Below are positions 52,239 through 61,238 of a stretch of DNA of 64,000 nt, piece after piece. The notes under the pieces are model-generated. The model was not told the origin of the DNA. It did no database searches and saw only the letters and a program-made list of their open reading frames with translations. The translations under genes and the position numbers were made by a program. Position 1 is the first letter of the stretch. Every line of letters starts with the position of its first letter. The DNA is from an uncultured cyanobacterium (GTDB lineage Bacteria; Cyanobacteriota; Cyanobacteriia; Cyanobacteriales; CAWCAG01). Location of the stretch: positions 57,455 through 121,454 of the forward strand of contig CAWCAG010000001.1 of NCBI GenBank assembly GCA_963793425.1, in the 5' to 3' direction.

Positions 52239-52682
52239 ATGGTACGTCTTCGGTCTATTTTGCCCTTAATTCTGGCTTTGTTTGCCACCTTCTTGGTGAG
52301 TTGCGGTTCCGGTGTAGCCCAAGCGCCTCCTACCTATACACCAGAAAAAGTTGCTCAAATTGAAACTGCTTTGATTCCCATTAAGCAAGCTCAGGAAAAA
52401 CTCCCCAAATTAGCTCAATTAATTGCCGATCAGGACTGGATTGATGTTAGGAATTTTATCCATGGCCCCATGGGATTGTTGCGACGTAACATGAGCTATG
52501 TATCTCGCCAGCTTTTAGAGAAAGATCAAGGGCCAGCTAATGAATTAGCCAAAGAAGTCTTTGCTGATTTTGACAGCCTTGATCTGGCAGCTAAAGAGCA
52601 AAGTCTTGTTGCTACTTCCGAAAGCTTTTACGAAATAGTTGAAGATTTTGAAGAATTTCTCCAATTCGTTCCTACCAACTAG
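52239..52682 (+). CDS. psbQ: Photosystem II lipoprotein CyanoQ (PsbQ)
   Basis: The lipobox is LVSCGS. The segments PPTYTPEKVAQIE...LIADQDWIDVRNFIHGPMGLLRRNM closely parallel Synechocystis CyanoQ as I remember it. Confidence 0.85.
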   Translation: MVRLRSILPLILALFATFLVSCGSGVAQAPPTYTPEKVAQIETALIPIKQAQEKLPKLAQLIADQDWIDVRNFIHGPMGLLRRNMSYVSRQLLEKDQGPANELAKEVFADFDSLDLAAKEQSLVATSESFYEIVEDFEEFLQFVPTN

Positions 52683-52687
52683 TAGAA

Positions 52688-53793
52688 ATGCCCAGAGTCA
52701 CTATTATTGGTGCTGGTGTAATTGGTGCTGGAATCGCCTATGAGCTAAGTTTGGTGGAGGGGTTAAGAATCACTCTTCTGGAACGAGAAACTCCTGCCTA
52801 TGGCTCCACAGGGGCTGCTTTAGGGGTGTTGATGGGAGCGATTAGCCATAAAGTAAAAGGTAAGCCTTGGCGGTGGCGAAAAACCAGCCTCCAGCGTTAT
52901 GAAACTTTGATACCAGAGTTATTAGCTTTAACCGGGAAGCAAGTATCTTTTAACCGCCAAGGTATTATCAAGTTAAGGTTTGTGGGGGAAGATGTTTCTC
53001 ATTGGGAAAAACTGGTTACCAAACGCCATAGCCAAGATTGGGCTTTGGAAATTTGGCATTTGTCTCAGTTACAAGCTCAATGTCCCCAAATTCAAAATGA
53101 GCGGGTTATCGGTGCGGTTTATTCTCCCCAAGATCGCCAGGTAAATCCTCGCCAGTTAACAGAGGCTTTGGTGGCCGCAGCAGAGTTGAAAGGGGTTAAA
53201 TGCCAATTTGGGGTTGAGGTAGAAAAGGTAGTCCCCAATGACTACCAAAACCCTACTTCCTATGAACTTCATACCACCTCCGGTATCATAGAAACCCAGT
53301 GGTTAATTATAGCCGCAGGTAATGGTTCAACTCCTTTAACAACTTCCCTTAACCAACCTGTAGATATTCGTCCAGTTTTAGGGCAAGCATTGCAAGTTGA
53401 GTTAAAACAACCTCTGGGCAATCCTGACTTTCAACCAGTGATTACCGGGGAAGATACCCATATTGTCCCTTTAGGTGATAATCAATATTGGTTAGGGGCA
53501 ACGGTAGAATTTCCGAATCAAGAAGGGAAAGTATTTGCTCAAGAAGTTTGTTTAGAAGAGTTAAAAAATAAGGGAATCGCCCTTTGTCCAGCTTTGGCAC
53601 AGGCGAGGATTGTTCATACTTGGTCAGGTAATCGTCCTCGTCCTGAAGGAAGGCCGGCCCCATTGTGGAAGAATTACCGGCCCACCCTCAAGTACTCTTA
53701 GCTACAGCCCATTATCGCAACGGTGTACTCCTCGCCCCAGCTACGGCTTTAGCAATTAAAAGTTGGTTTGTAGAAGAAAAAAATACTTTTTAA
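52688..53793 (+). pseudogene. FAD-dependent oxidoreductase (DAO family, glycine oxidase ThiO-like) with an apparent 1-nt frameshift near 53658-53661
   Basis: The N-terminal FAD motif is VTIIGAGVIGAGIAYEL. The listed ORF ends at 53701 after ...GNRPRPEGRPAP. The conserved C-terminus IVEELPAHPQVLLATAHYRNGVLLAPATALAIKSWF continues in another frame from 53662 to the TAA at 53791-53793. Confidence 0.75.
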
Positions 53794-53801
53794 GTTGAGA
53801 A

Positions 53802-54290
53802 TTATTCATCAACAATAATCTTCAACCGGGCATTTTTCTGAGCAGAATTTTGCACCCAAAACTTCGTAACTGGAGTTTCGAGATCCCGATTGATTTTTAA
53901 AGGTTTGCCTGCGGTGCAAGTGTAAGTTTTGAAGTTATCACCGCAGGGCAAAGCGATATCTCCTGGTTCGATTTTGACGGTTATTGCTGTAGCGGGAGGG
54001 TTTAATTTAATGGTTTGCCTAGCTGTTTCTGGCAATATTAAGAGATTGTAGTTTTTCAGAGGTTCCTTAACTGGGATATTCTCCGGGAGGGATTCTTGAG
54101 CTTGTTTTTGTAATAAATTATCTTCCCCCTTGGGTAGCACAACTTCTTGAGGAAGAGATTCTTTTACAGGGAGATTTTCTGAAGCGGGAGGTAAAGCGGT
54201 TTCTGCTTGTACGGGTAAAGCTATAGTTAGTAAGAAGAAAACAATGCTGATAATAATAATTTTTGGTTTCATTGGTATTTTTTCTGACAA
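53802..54290 (-). CDS. Secreted hypothetical protein
   Basis: 162 aa. It has a signal-like N-terminus (IIIISIVFFLLTIALPVQA), short LP.KE(S/P)LP repeats and a Cys-containing C-terminal domain. Confidence 0.5.
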   Translation of the reverse strand: MSEKIPMKPKIIIISIVFFLLTIALPVQAETALPPASENLPVKESLPQEVVLPKGEDNLLQKQAQESLPENIPVKEPLKNYNLLILPETARQTIKLNPPATAITVKIEPGDIALPCGDNFKTYTCTAGKPLKINRDLETPVTKFWVQNSAQKNARLKIIVDE

Positions 54291-54414
54291 TAACTTACCT
54301 TATAACATTTAATATTTATCATTCACTTCTTTAAGCTATTAGGAATGTAAACTGCGTATTATCGAATCAACGAAAATAAGCTGTAATTCTTTACTATTCA
54401 CCTCTCCCCACTCC

Positions 54415-55041
54415 CTAGCGCTGTTTATTACCTACTTCTGATTGACCTGGTTGACTTAATTGGGGTTGCTCTTGCTGGAAGCTATAGCCTAGCCAAATAA
54501 AGCCACCTCCAAAAACACTAATCATGCCAATTAAAATAACTGTGAGCAATTTTACTTGAGAGCGAAGTAAATCTACTTCTTGGTTACTTTTTTGAATTTG
54601 AGATTGAGGAGGAGTTTCTTCAATACCGAGCTTTTTACGAGCAACTTCTTCAATAATTTTCTCTTCTTTCTGATTAAATGTAACTTGAGAATGGAGCCAA
54701 TTAGCAATTAATTCTGGGCAGTTTTTTTTGACCCAGCGCATAGCCACTATTTTAAACAAGGGCTTAGACATTTTCGCTATTGGTTTCATCACTTTGTTGA
54801 TAAAATGCGAGCGAAACTTTTGGTCAATGAGGTTTATTGAACCTATATCATAGAGACAATCTAAGATTAGCTTGATAGTAACCTCTTCTCTTTGAGTTAA
54901 ATGTTCAAGAAGGAAAAAAACTTGAGACATCAGTTCTTTTTCTTTTTTATCTTTTTCTGAAAGCGGCTCGATTTCAGCTAGATTTTCTGAGGAGGGCTTC
55001 ATCTTTATCTTGCTCTTCCAACTTTGACTCTTTGGGTACAA
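54415..55041 (-). CDS. Hypothetical protein with a C-terminal TM anchor
   Basis: 208 aa, lysine-rich, with a single C-terminal hydrophobic helix (LLTVILIGMISVFGGGFIWLGY). The start is uncertain (alternative Met at MKPSSEN). Confidence 0.45.
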   Translation of the reverse strand: MYPKSQSWKSKIKMKPSSENLAEIEPLSEKDKKEKELMSQVFFLLEHLTQREEVTIKLILDCLYDIGSINLIDQKFRSHFINKVMKPIAKMSKPLFKIVAMRWVKKNCPELIANWLHSQVTFNQKEEKIIEEVARKKLGIEETPPQSQIQKSNQEVDLLRSQVKLLTVILIGMISVFGGGFIWLGYSFQQEQPQLSQPGQSEVGNKQR

Positions 55042-55191
55042 TAGCTGCTAATCGTTGCTTTTATATTATATAGGAGAAGTAAGCAAAGCCCACTGCCTAC
55101 GAATCTCCAAGCTAATGAAAACGGGTAGCCTCTACAGAGAATGTTAGTTTAATGGTCAATGTTTAATGTTTAATGATAAATCCACTAGCCA

Positions 55192-55833
55192 TTAGCAAGA
55201 TTTGTCGTCATACCAAACCTGACGATAAATCAACTCTAACTCGCTTCCCACCTCATAAAAATAATCCATTTGCTGAGATTGCAAAGTTACTAAGGTACGA
55301 AATATTAACAAAGCCATAATTGCCACTATCATACCTGTAGCTGTGGTTAAAAGAGCCTCGCCAATACCTTGGGCGACCCCAGCCGCTTCTTCCGTTGAAC
55401 CGCCGCTACCAATATTTAAGTTATTGAAAGTACCAATCAAACCCGTCACCGTACCCAACAAACCTAATAAAGGAGACACCGCCACGATAGTTTCTAAGAT
55501 TTTGTCTCCTGTACGCATCTTTATAAACTCGCGATCGCCTGCCGCTTCCATGGCTAAACGAAAGGTTTCTGGGGTGGGCTTTTTCAACTTTAAAGGTGCA
55601 ATCAAAAAGCGTCCAATCGGTAAATTTTGGGCTGAGTTAGCAATTTCCGCTGCTTTATCAAGATCATAATGGGCAGCTTCAAGCACATCCTTAACAAGGC
55701 GATTTTCTTGAGTTAACAGTCGTAACCAAAACCAACTACGTTCAATGGCACAAGCTACAGTGATTACCGATAAAGCAAGGAGAGGCCACATAATTGGGCC
55801 GCCTTGAGTAATTAAACTAGATACGCGAGTCAT
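55192..55833 (-). CDS. MotA/TolQ/ExbB proton-channel family protein
   Basis: 213 aa with three TM helices. The conserved C-terminal region is AVSPLLGLLGTVTGLIGTF...GIGEALLTTATGMIVAI. Confidence 0.85.
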   Translation of the reverse strand: MTRVSSLITQGGPIMWPLLALSVITVACAIERSWFWLRLLTQENRLVKDVLEAAHYDLDKAAEIANSAQNLPIGRFLIAPLKLKKPTPETFRLAMEAAGDREFIKMRTGDKILETIVAVSPLLGLLGTVTGLIGTFNNLNIGSGGSTEEAAGVAQGIGEALLTTATGMIVAIMALLIFRTLVTLQSQQMDYFYEVGSELELIYRQVWYDDKSC

Positions 55834-56524
55834 GAAATATTTCAGTTAAAACCACTAGTCGGGAATAAAATCTGTTCAATAATAGATGACGGAATTCCCG
55901 AACTTTTATTCCCGAAAGGCCCTTTTTTATTGAAAATATAGTGTTGTGTAAGGGAAAACACGCTGAAAACAGCTATAATAGAGCGTATGTAAGAGAAAAT
56001 ACTCGAAAAGCAGCCAATACAACCAAATAGACAGAAAATCAGTAATTCAAGTCACAATATCGTGGTTTTCTTGATCACTAAAGCAGCCTTCTAAGCTCAC
56101 ACTCATAAGGCCGGTTTTTGATTAATGTATATATGGCGAAGAAAAAAACCTTTGCTGCTGGCGGGAGAAATGAGATGCTAAACCCTTTCCCCCAAATCCA
56201 ACTCCCAGCATCTCATTGATTATTCCCAAAAGCGTAGCAATTTTTATCATCAGTTAGTTAATTAATTTGGTGATAGAGGTTGAAAGCTTTTCGGTTGAGA
56301 GCTTTTCTCCGTAGTAAGAGATAAACCGTAAATCATCGCGAACACCTTGGTTGAGTGGCTGCTATTCTTTTTAGAGTGGCAGTCTTTTCATTGCCAGTTG
56401 CAATGGCAAAAATCTTAAATTAACAAACGCTATAGCAATAACCAAAACAATTAGAACAGAACTGAAGCCTAAAACTTAGACATAGCAACTGTTCCTCTCC
56501 TACTCCCTACTCCCTGCTTATAAA

Positions 56525-56605
56525 TGCGGACGGAGAGACTCGAACTCTCACATCAAAGACACTAGAACCTAAATCTAGCGCGTCTACCAATTCCGCCACG
56601 TCCGC
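56525..56605 (-). tRNA. tRNA-Leu (anticodon UAG)
   Basis: The reverse complement folds as a cloverleaf. The acceptor is GCGGACG/CGTCCGC+A. The anticodon arm is CTAGA-TTTAGGT-TCTAG. There is a long variable arm, and the T arm is GAGAG-TTCGAGT-CTCTC. CCA is not encoded. Confidence 0.9.
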
Positions 56606-56673
56606 AGGCATTTTACAACTAGTCAATTGATATAGTAACAAAATGCCGACGCTAAGTCATCAAATAAATTAAC

Positions 56674-58245
56674 TTAAATTTGGCAACGCTTACGAGCCGC
56701 AGTATACTCAGGTTCTTGCCAAGAAAAAGCAAAATGGCTAACAGCATTGATTTGAGGGAATTCTTGGCGTAGTGCTGCCATCTGAATTTCTAAGGAAGGA
56801 CGGCCTGTATGGGAAGCCCCCCAAACCCCTGCTAAAACGGGCATAACCTTATTAGTTTTATTTTTAGCTCCCTTCATTACCCATTCAACCTCATCCACAA
56901 TACAACTAGCTTTGTTGCAAACAGCATAGGACATAGGATGTAACCGAATCGTATCGGGGAATTGGTCCCAAGGTTGAAGGCGAGAATCATATCCTTGCTG
57001 CCCTACCCCTCGGTTGCCATAGGGGAAAAAGACAGCCCCCGCCGGAATACCTTGACTTTCAGAAATGCGAGATGCCAACGAAAGAAAATCAATTACCCCT
57101 TGGGCAGCATGAGCAACACTAAGACTCCATAATTCTTGTTGGATCTGATTGCGTAATGCCCCATCATAAATAGAGTTGACTAATTTAGTGGTTTGGGCAG
57201 GATCTGTTGATTGCTTGTCTAACTGGCTTTGTTCTTGAGGAGTGGGTGTACGCCCTTGCCAAAGAGGAGGCCCTTCATCAGGATATAAACGAACCATATC
57301 CTGGAAGTCTTGGCTTGTCAGAGAACCTCGACTTAAATATTTCTCAATTAATAACTTACCACGATTATTTAGCGATCGCCGCAACAAAGTTTCTCGCGAA
57401 GCATCACCATAAATCCACAAATCCTTAACTTTGCTAGCCACAGAAGCTGCCCCTGTACCACGGGGATAGCGAATATAATCAAACATGATTTCATCGGGCT
57501 TCCTTTTGACCACTTCCCGCACTAACTGGCTATACTGCTGTCGGGCTTGGGAGTTGTACGGGTCAATAAAAGCTTCTGAATGTCCCACATCAAAAGCCAA
57601 ACTATTATCTCCCTGACCATTTAAAGCTAAGGTACTACGTGTCTGGGGGTTTTGACCATAGGCATAACCAAAGTTCATCGAGAACATCCAAGCATTAACT
57701 TTTAAGCCTCTTTTACGCCCTTTCTCAATCACCTCAGCTAATAAATCTCGATTCTCATCCCCAGGAGTCCGTAACATGGAAAGCCAAGGAGTTGGGTTAT
57801 CAGCCACCGGTAAGAGAACTTGACTATTACCAAAGGTTTCTATATAAACTTCGTTGTAGCCTAAGTTAACGATTCGGTCTAAGGTTTGTTCCAAAACTCC
57901 TGATTTGGCATCGCAGGGATGGAGACGTAACCAAATACCTTGGGATCTTGGCCAATTACGAGAGCGACACAGGTTTAAAAGATCCCCATGCTTCTTGAGC
58001 ATATTTTGGTAGCTGGCTTCTGCGTTGGCATCTCCTTTAACCCAAGCTTGGCGAAGATTTTCCTTTTCTGTAATTGCTTGGGCATTAAAGCGACAATATT
58101 CTCTAATTTGGGCGCTAGCTGGGACGCTAAAAAGACATTGGCTAACTAAACCACTCATGGTCATCAACCCAGTTACCAAAAAGTTTAAAGTACGTTTCCT
58201 TGCAGGTTTAGATTTTAAAAGTAGGGTTTTTGACGGTGATTTCAT
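56674..58245 (-). CDS. Glycoside hydrolase-like GHL10 (DUF187) family protein, secreted
   Basis: 523 aa with a signal/TM N-terminus. A TIM-barrel-like segment contains LGYNEVYIETF and FDYIRYP, typical of the family. The assignment is from memory. Confidence 0.6.
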   Translation of the reverse strand: MKSPSKTLLLKSKPARKRTLNFLVTGLMTMSGLVSQCLFSVPASAQIREYCRFNAQAITEKENLRQAWVKGDANAEASYQNMLKKHGDLLNLCRSRNWPRSQGIWLRLHPCDAKSGVLEQTLDRIVNLGYNEVYIETFGNSQVLLPVADNPTPWLSMLRTPGDENRDLLAEVIEKGRKRGLKVNAWMFSMNFGYAYGQNPQTRSTLALNGQGDNSLAFDVGHSEAFIDPYNSQARQQYSQLVREVVKRKPDEIMFDYIRYPRGTGAASVASKVKDLWIYGDASRETLLRRSLNNRGKLLIEKYLSRGSLTSQDFQDMVRLYPDEGPPLWQGRTPTPQEQSQLDKQSTDPAQTTKLVNSIYDGALRNQIQQELWSLSVAHAAQGVIDFLSLASRISESQGIPAGAVFFPYGNRGVGQQGYDSRLQPWDQFPDTIRLHPMSYAVCNKASCIVDEVEWVMKGAKNKTNKVMPVLAGVWGASHTGRPSLEIQMAALRQEFPQINAVSHFAFSWQEPEYTAARKRCQI

Positions 58246-58528
58246 GGAATCGCTTAACTATAAAAATTGATACTCTTGTTCTGTCAGCAGTGGTATAGAT
58301 ACACTCAATAAATAGATAATATAGGGAATTTGACCCTAAGCATGAGATTCAACCAATAACTTAAGTTTGGCAATCTTTTGCCCCAAGTTTCCCTTAATGA
58401 TTCAGTCCAATATACTTTAGTTCCGGATACTGGTGGGAAATGGGGAGACATCGGAGGTGGGCAGACTAAGAAAATAGGTAAAAATAAACAAAAAAATTGG
58501 GTCTGATTTCTCAAACCCTAGCTTGGTA

Positions 58529-58556
58529 AATTATCAATTATCAATTATCAATTATC
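58529..58556. repeat. Heptamer tandem repeat (AATTATC x4)
   Basis: aattatc aattatc aattatc aattatc, immediately downstream of the psb27 stop. Confidence 0.85.
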
Positions 58557-58559
58557 AAA

Positions 58560-58970
58560 CTATCTACCCCGCTTCAGAGCAATTTCTACTTGCTTAAACT
58601 CTTGCCTTAAACGTTTTTCCAATTTCGCTGATAAAGGACGGCTAGAATAAGCGCTATAATAACCAGCCAAAGAATTTAAGGCTGTTTGCATAGTTGTGAA
58701 AGAGCGCAAACCAGCAACTTTACTATTTCTGCGATAGCGAGAAGTATAATCGTTAATTTGTTCCCGTAATTGATTAACAGATTCTATACGTTCAGGGGCA
58801 TCATTTGCTAACTCAATATTTGTGTTAACGCTACTAAGCAAAGTTTGAGTATCTTGACCATAGTTTCCTGTTAGCCCTGTAGTACTATTGGCACTAGAGC
58901 AGCCCATTAAGCCCATAGTAACCACAAGAAGTAAAGCCATTAAACGAGATAAAAAAGGTTTTAGACGCAT
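58560..58970 (-). CDS. psb27: Photosystem II assembly lipoprotein Psb27
   Basis: The lipobox is LMGCSS. TGLTGNYGQDT...INDYTSRYRR...GLRSFTTMQTALNSLAGYY is nearly identical in pattern to Synechocystis Psb27. Confidence 0.9.
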   Translation of the reverse strand: MRLKPFLSRLMALLLVVTMGLMGCSSANSTTGLTGNYGQDTQTLLSSVNTNIELANDAPERIESVNQLREQINDYTSRYRRNSKVAGLRSFTTMQTALNSLAGYYSAYSSRPLSAKLEKRLRQEFKQVEIALKRGR

Positions 58971-59142
58971 GATTTATGTTACTAAAATTACAAATTACTA
59001 TCGATCCTACCAAGAATTGAGAATTAATTGCTAGTTGCTAATGGTTAATAGCTGGTGGCTAATTTTAAGAACTTTATCTTTGAGGCAGTTTATGTTCCTC
59101 TTACCGTCAAAATAGTTCCAACGTCTAAGTTGAAGGAACAAA

Positions 59143-60225
59143 ATGGGCGAAAAAAAGCGAATTGGTATTCTCACTAGCGGCGGTGATTGTGCTGGCTTAA
59201 ATGCTGTGATTAGAGCAGTTGTACAATGTGCTGTCGGGAAGTATGACTGGGAAGTTTTGGGCATTTGTCGGGCTACCCAAGGATTAATGAACAATCCACC
59301 GGAAGTTCAGCATTTAGATCCCCATCAAGTTGATATGTGGTTAACCAGGGGGGGAACTATGTTGGGAACAACTAATAAAGGTAACCCTTTTGCTTTTCCC
59401 CTAGCTGATGGACAGGTAAAAGACTGCTCAGAAGAGATTATTGCTAATTACTATCAGCTAGGGTTAGAAGCCTTAATTGGGGTTGGTGGAGATGGCAGTT
59501 TAGCAATCCTACGCCGTCTGGCTCAACAGGGTGGTATCAATATGGTAGGGATTCCTAAAACCATTGATAATGATGTGGGGGTGACAGAAAAATCAATTGG
59601 TTTTGATACCGCTGTTAACATTGCCACAGAAGCTTTAGATAGACTTCATTTCACCGCAGCTAGCCATAGCAGAGTAATGATCCTCGAAGTGATGGGAAGA
59701 GATGCCGGACATATTGCCCTGAATGCAGGCATTGCTGGAGGCGCTCATGTTATTCTTATTCCCGAAATTCCTTATAAAATTGAGAGAGTTTGCCATAAAA
59801 TTAGGGAACGTCAAGCCCAAGGACAAAATTTTTCTTTAGTGATTGTTTCTGAAGCTGTTTGTACAGAAGCAGGAGAACAAGTAACTAAAATGGAGCAGTT
59901 TGGCGAATGCCGCTTAGGAGGCATCGGCCAGTATATCTCTGAACAAGTTGCCCAAGGTACAGGGGCAGAAACGAGGGTAACTGTGTTGGGGCATATTCAA
60001 CGAGGTGGTATACCTTCTCCTTTAGATCGGGTTTTGGGTTCTGCTTTTGGGGTAGCAGCAGTGGATTTAATCGCCCAAGAAAAGTATGATCACATGGTTA
60101 GTTGGCAAGATCGTCAAATAGTTAGCGTACCCATCGCTGAGGCGATTAAAGACTACCGAGCAATAGATCCTCAAGGCACTTTAGCGAATACAGCTAGGGG
60201 TTTAGGTATTTGTTTGGGTGAATAG
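59143..60225 (+). CDS. pfkA: ATP-dependent 6-phosphofructokinase
   Basis: Motifs are IGILTSGGDCAGLNAVIRAV, GGDGS, PKTIDNDV, MGRDAGH and GHIQRGG. Confidence 0.92.
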   Translation: MGEKKRIGILTSGGDCAGLNAVIRAVVQCAVGKYDWEVLGICRATQGLMNNPPEVQHLDPHQVDMWLTRGGTMLGTTNKGNPFAFPLADGQVKDCSEEIIANYYQLGLEALIGVGGDGSLAILRRLAQQGGINMVGIPKTIDNDVGVTEKSIGFDTAVNIATEALDRLHFTAASHSRVMILEVMGRDAGHIALNAGIAGGAHVILIPEIPYKIERVCHKIRERQAQGQNFSLVIVSEAVCTEAGEQVTKMEQFGECRLGGIGQYISEQVAQGTGAETRVTVLGHIQRGGIPSPLDRVLGSAFGVAAVDLIAQEKYDHMVSWQDRQIVSVPIAEAIKDYRAIDPQGTLANTARGLGICLGE

Positions 60226-60317
60226 CTAATTGCTAATTGCTAGTTGCTAGCAGTGACAGGCAGTTGTCATGTTCTTTACTTATTACTTGTTACTTGTTAC
60301 TTATTACTTATTACTTA
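60225..60317. repeat. Two adjacent heptamer arrays (GCTAATT-type x3.7, then TTACTTA/TTACTTG x6)
   Basis: gctaatt gctaatt gctagtt gctag at 60225-60250. ttactta ttacttg ttacttg ttactta ttactta ttactta at 60276-60317. Confidence 0.85.
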
Positions 60318-60356
60318 ACCAAATCTCTGGAGCAAAAGCCAACAAGCAAATTACTA

Positions 60357-60440
60357 TGGGGGTGGAGAGACTTGAACTCTCACGACCTTTACGGTCAACG
60401 GATTTTAAGTCCGTAGCGTCTACCATTCCGCCACACCCCC
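60357..60440 (-). tRNA. tRNA-Leu (anticodon UAA), intron-less
   Basis: In the reverse complement the acceptor is GGGGGTG/CACCCCC+A. The anticodon arm ACGGA-CTTAAAA-TCCGT is uninterrupted. There is a long variable arm, and the T arm is GAGAG-TTCAAGT-CTCTC. Confidence 0.9.
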
Positions 60441-60581
60441 TTGAGGTGGTTAAAGAAATTTATTGGTTGAATTAAATTTCTCCATTTGTATATTCCAACA
60501 TTATCTGGGCTTCTGTGCAACCTTTCTGAACAAATAAATTATAATTTTCCTTTAAAATAGAACAAAGATACTATTTTTGTT

Positions 60582-61238
60582 ATGTGCGGTCGATTTACTC
60601 AAACTAGTTCAGCAGATGCTATTGCCACAGCCTTCAACTTAAGTGCTGTCCCTCCTCAACAACCTAAATATAATATTGCTCCCACCCAGATAATTCCAAC
60701 TATTTTATACCCTTCTTCAGAAAGCCAGAAAGAATTTAAGGAGTTACGGTGGGGATTAATTCCTAGTTGGGCAAAAGACCAGAAAATAGGTAATAAGCTC
60801 ATTAACGCTAGGGCAGAAACTGTAGCCGAAAAACCTTCTTTTCGTAGTGCTTTTCGTAAGCGTCGCTGTTTAATTGTTGCTGATGGTTTTTATGAGTGGC
60901 AACACCAGGAAGAGGGGAAACAGCCTTTTTGTATTCAAATGAAAGATGAGCAGGTTTTTGCTTTTGCTGGAATCTGGGAACGCTGGCAAGCCCCAGAAGG
61001 AGAGGTAATAGAGTCTTGTACAATTATCACTACAGAAGCTAATGAATTGATGAACCCGATCCATAAACGAATGCCGGTGATTTTGAACTCTGAAGATTAT
61101 CAGCTTTGGTTAGATCCCCAGGTAACAGAAAAAGAGAAACTGCAACCTTTATTAACGCCCTACAATAGTGAGATGATGAAGGCTAATCCTGTGAGTAAAA
61201 AAGTTAATAATCCGAGAAATTCTTTTCCTTTCAAATAG
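60582..61238 (+). CDS. SOS response-associated peptidase (SRAP/YedK family, abasic-site processing)
   Basis: The N-terminal MCGRF supplies the catalytic Cys2. Other motifs are YNIAPTQ, RWGLIPSW, INARAET and DGFYEW. Confidence 0.9.
   Translation: MCGRFTQTSSADAIATAFNLSAVPPQQPKYNIAPTQIIPTILYPSSESQKEFKELRWGLIPSWAKDQKIGNKLINARAETVAEKPSFRSAFRKRRCLIVADGFYEWQHQEEGKQPFCIQMKDEQVFAFAGIWERWQAPEGEVIESCTIITTEANELMNPIHKRMPVILNSEDYQLWLDPQVTEKEKLQPLLTPYNSEMMKANPVSKKVNNPRNSFPFK

Noticed and set aside
58305-58514. 69-aa minus-strand ORF in the GHL10-psb27 spacer
   Set aside because: It has no motif and lies in an AT-rich promoter-like region upstream of the GHL10 gene. It is probably non-coding, although a small protein cannot be formally excluded.
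60269-60475. 68-aa plus-strand ORF
   Set aside because: Its N-terminus is translated from the TTACTTA heptamer array (YYLLLVTYYLLL), and the rest overlaps the minus-strand tRNA-Leu(UAA) gene.
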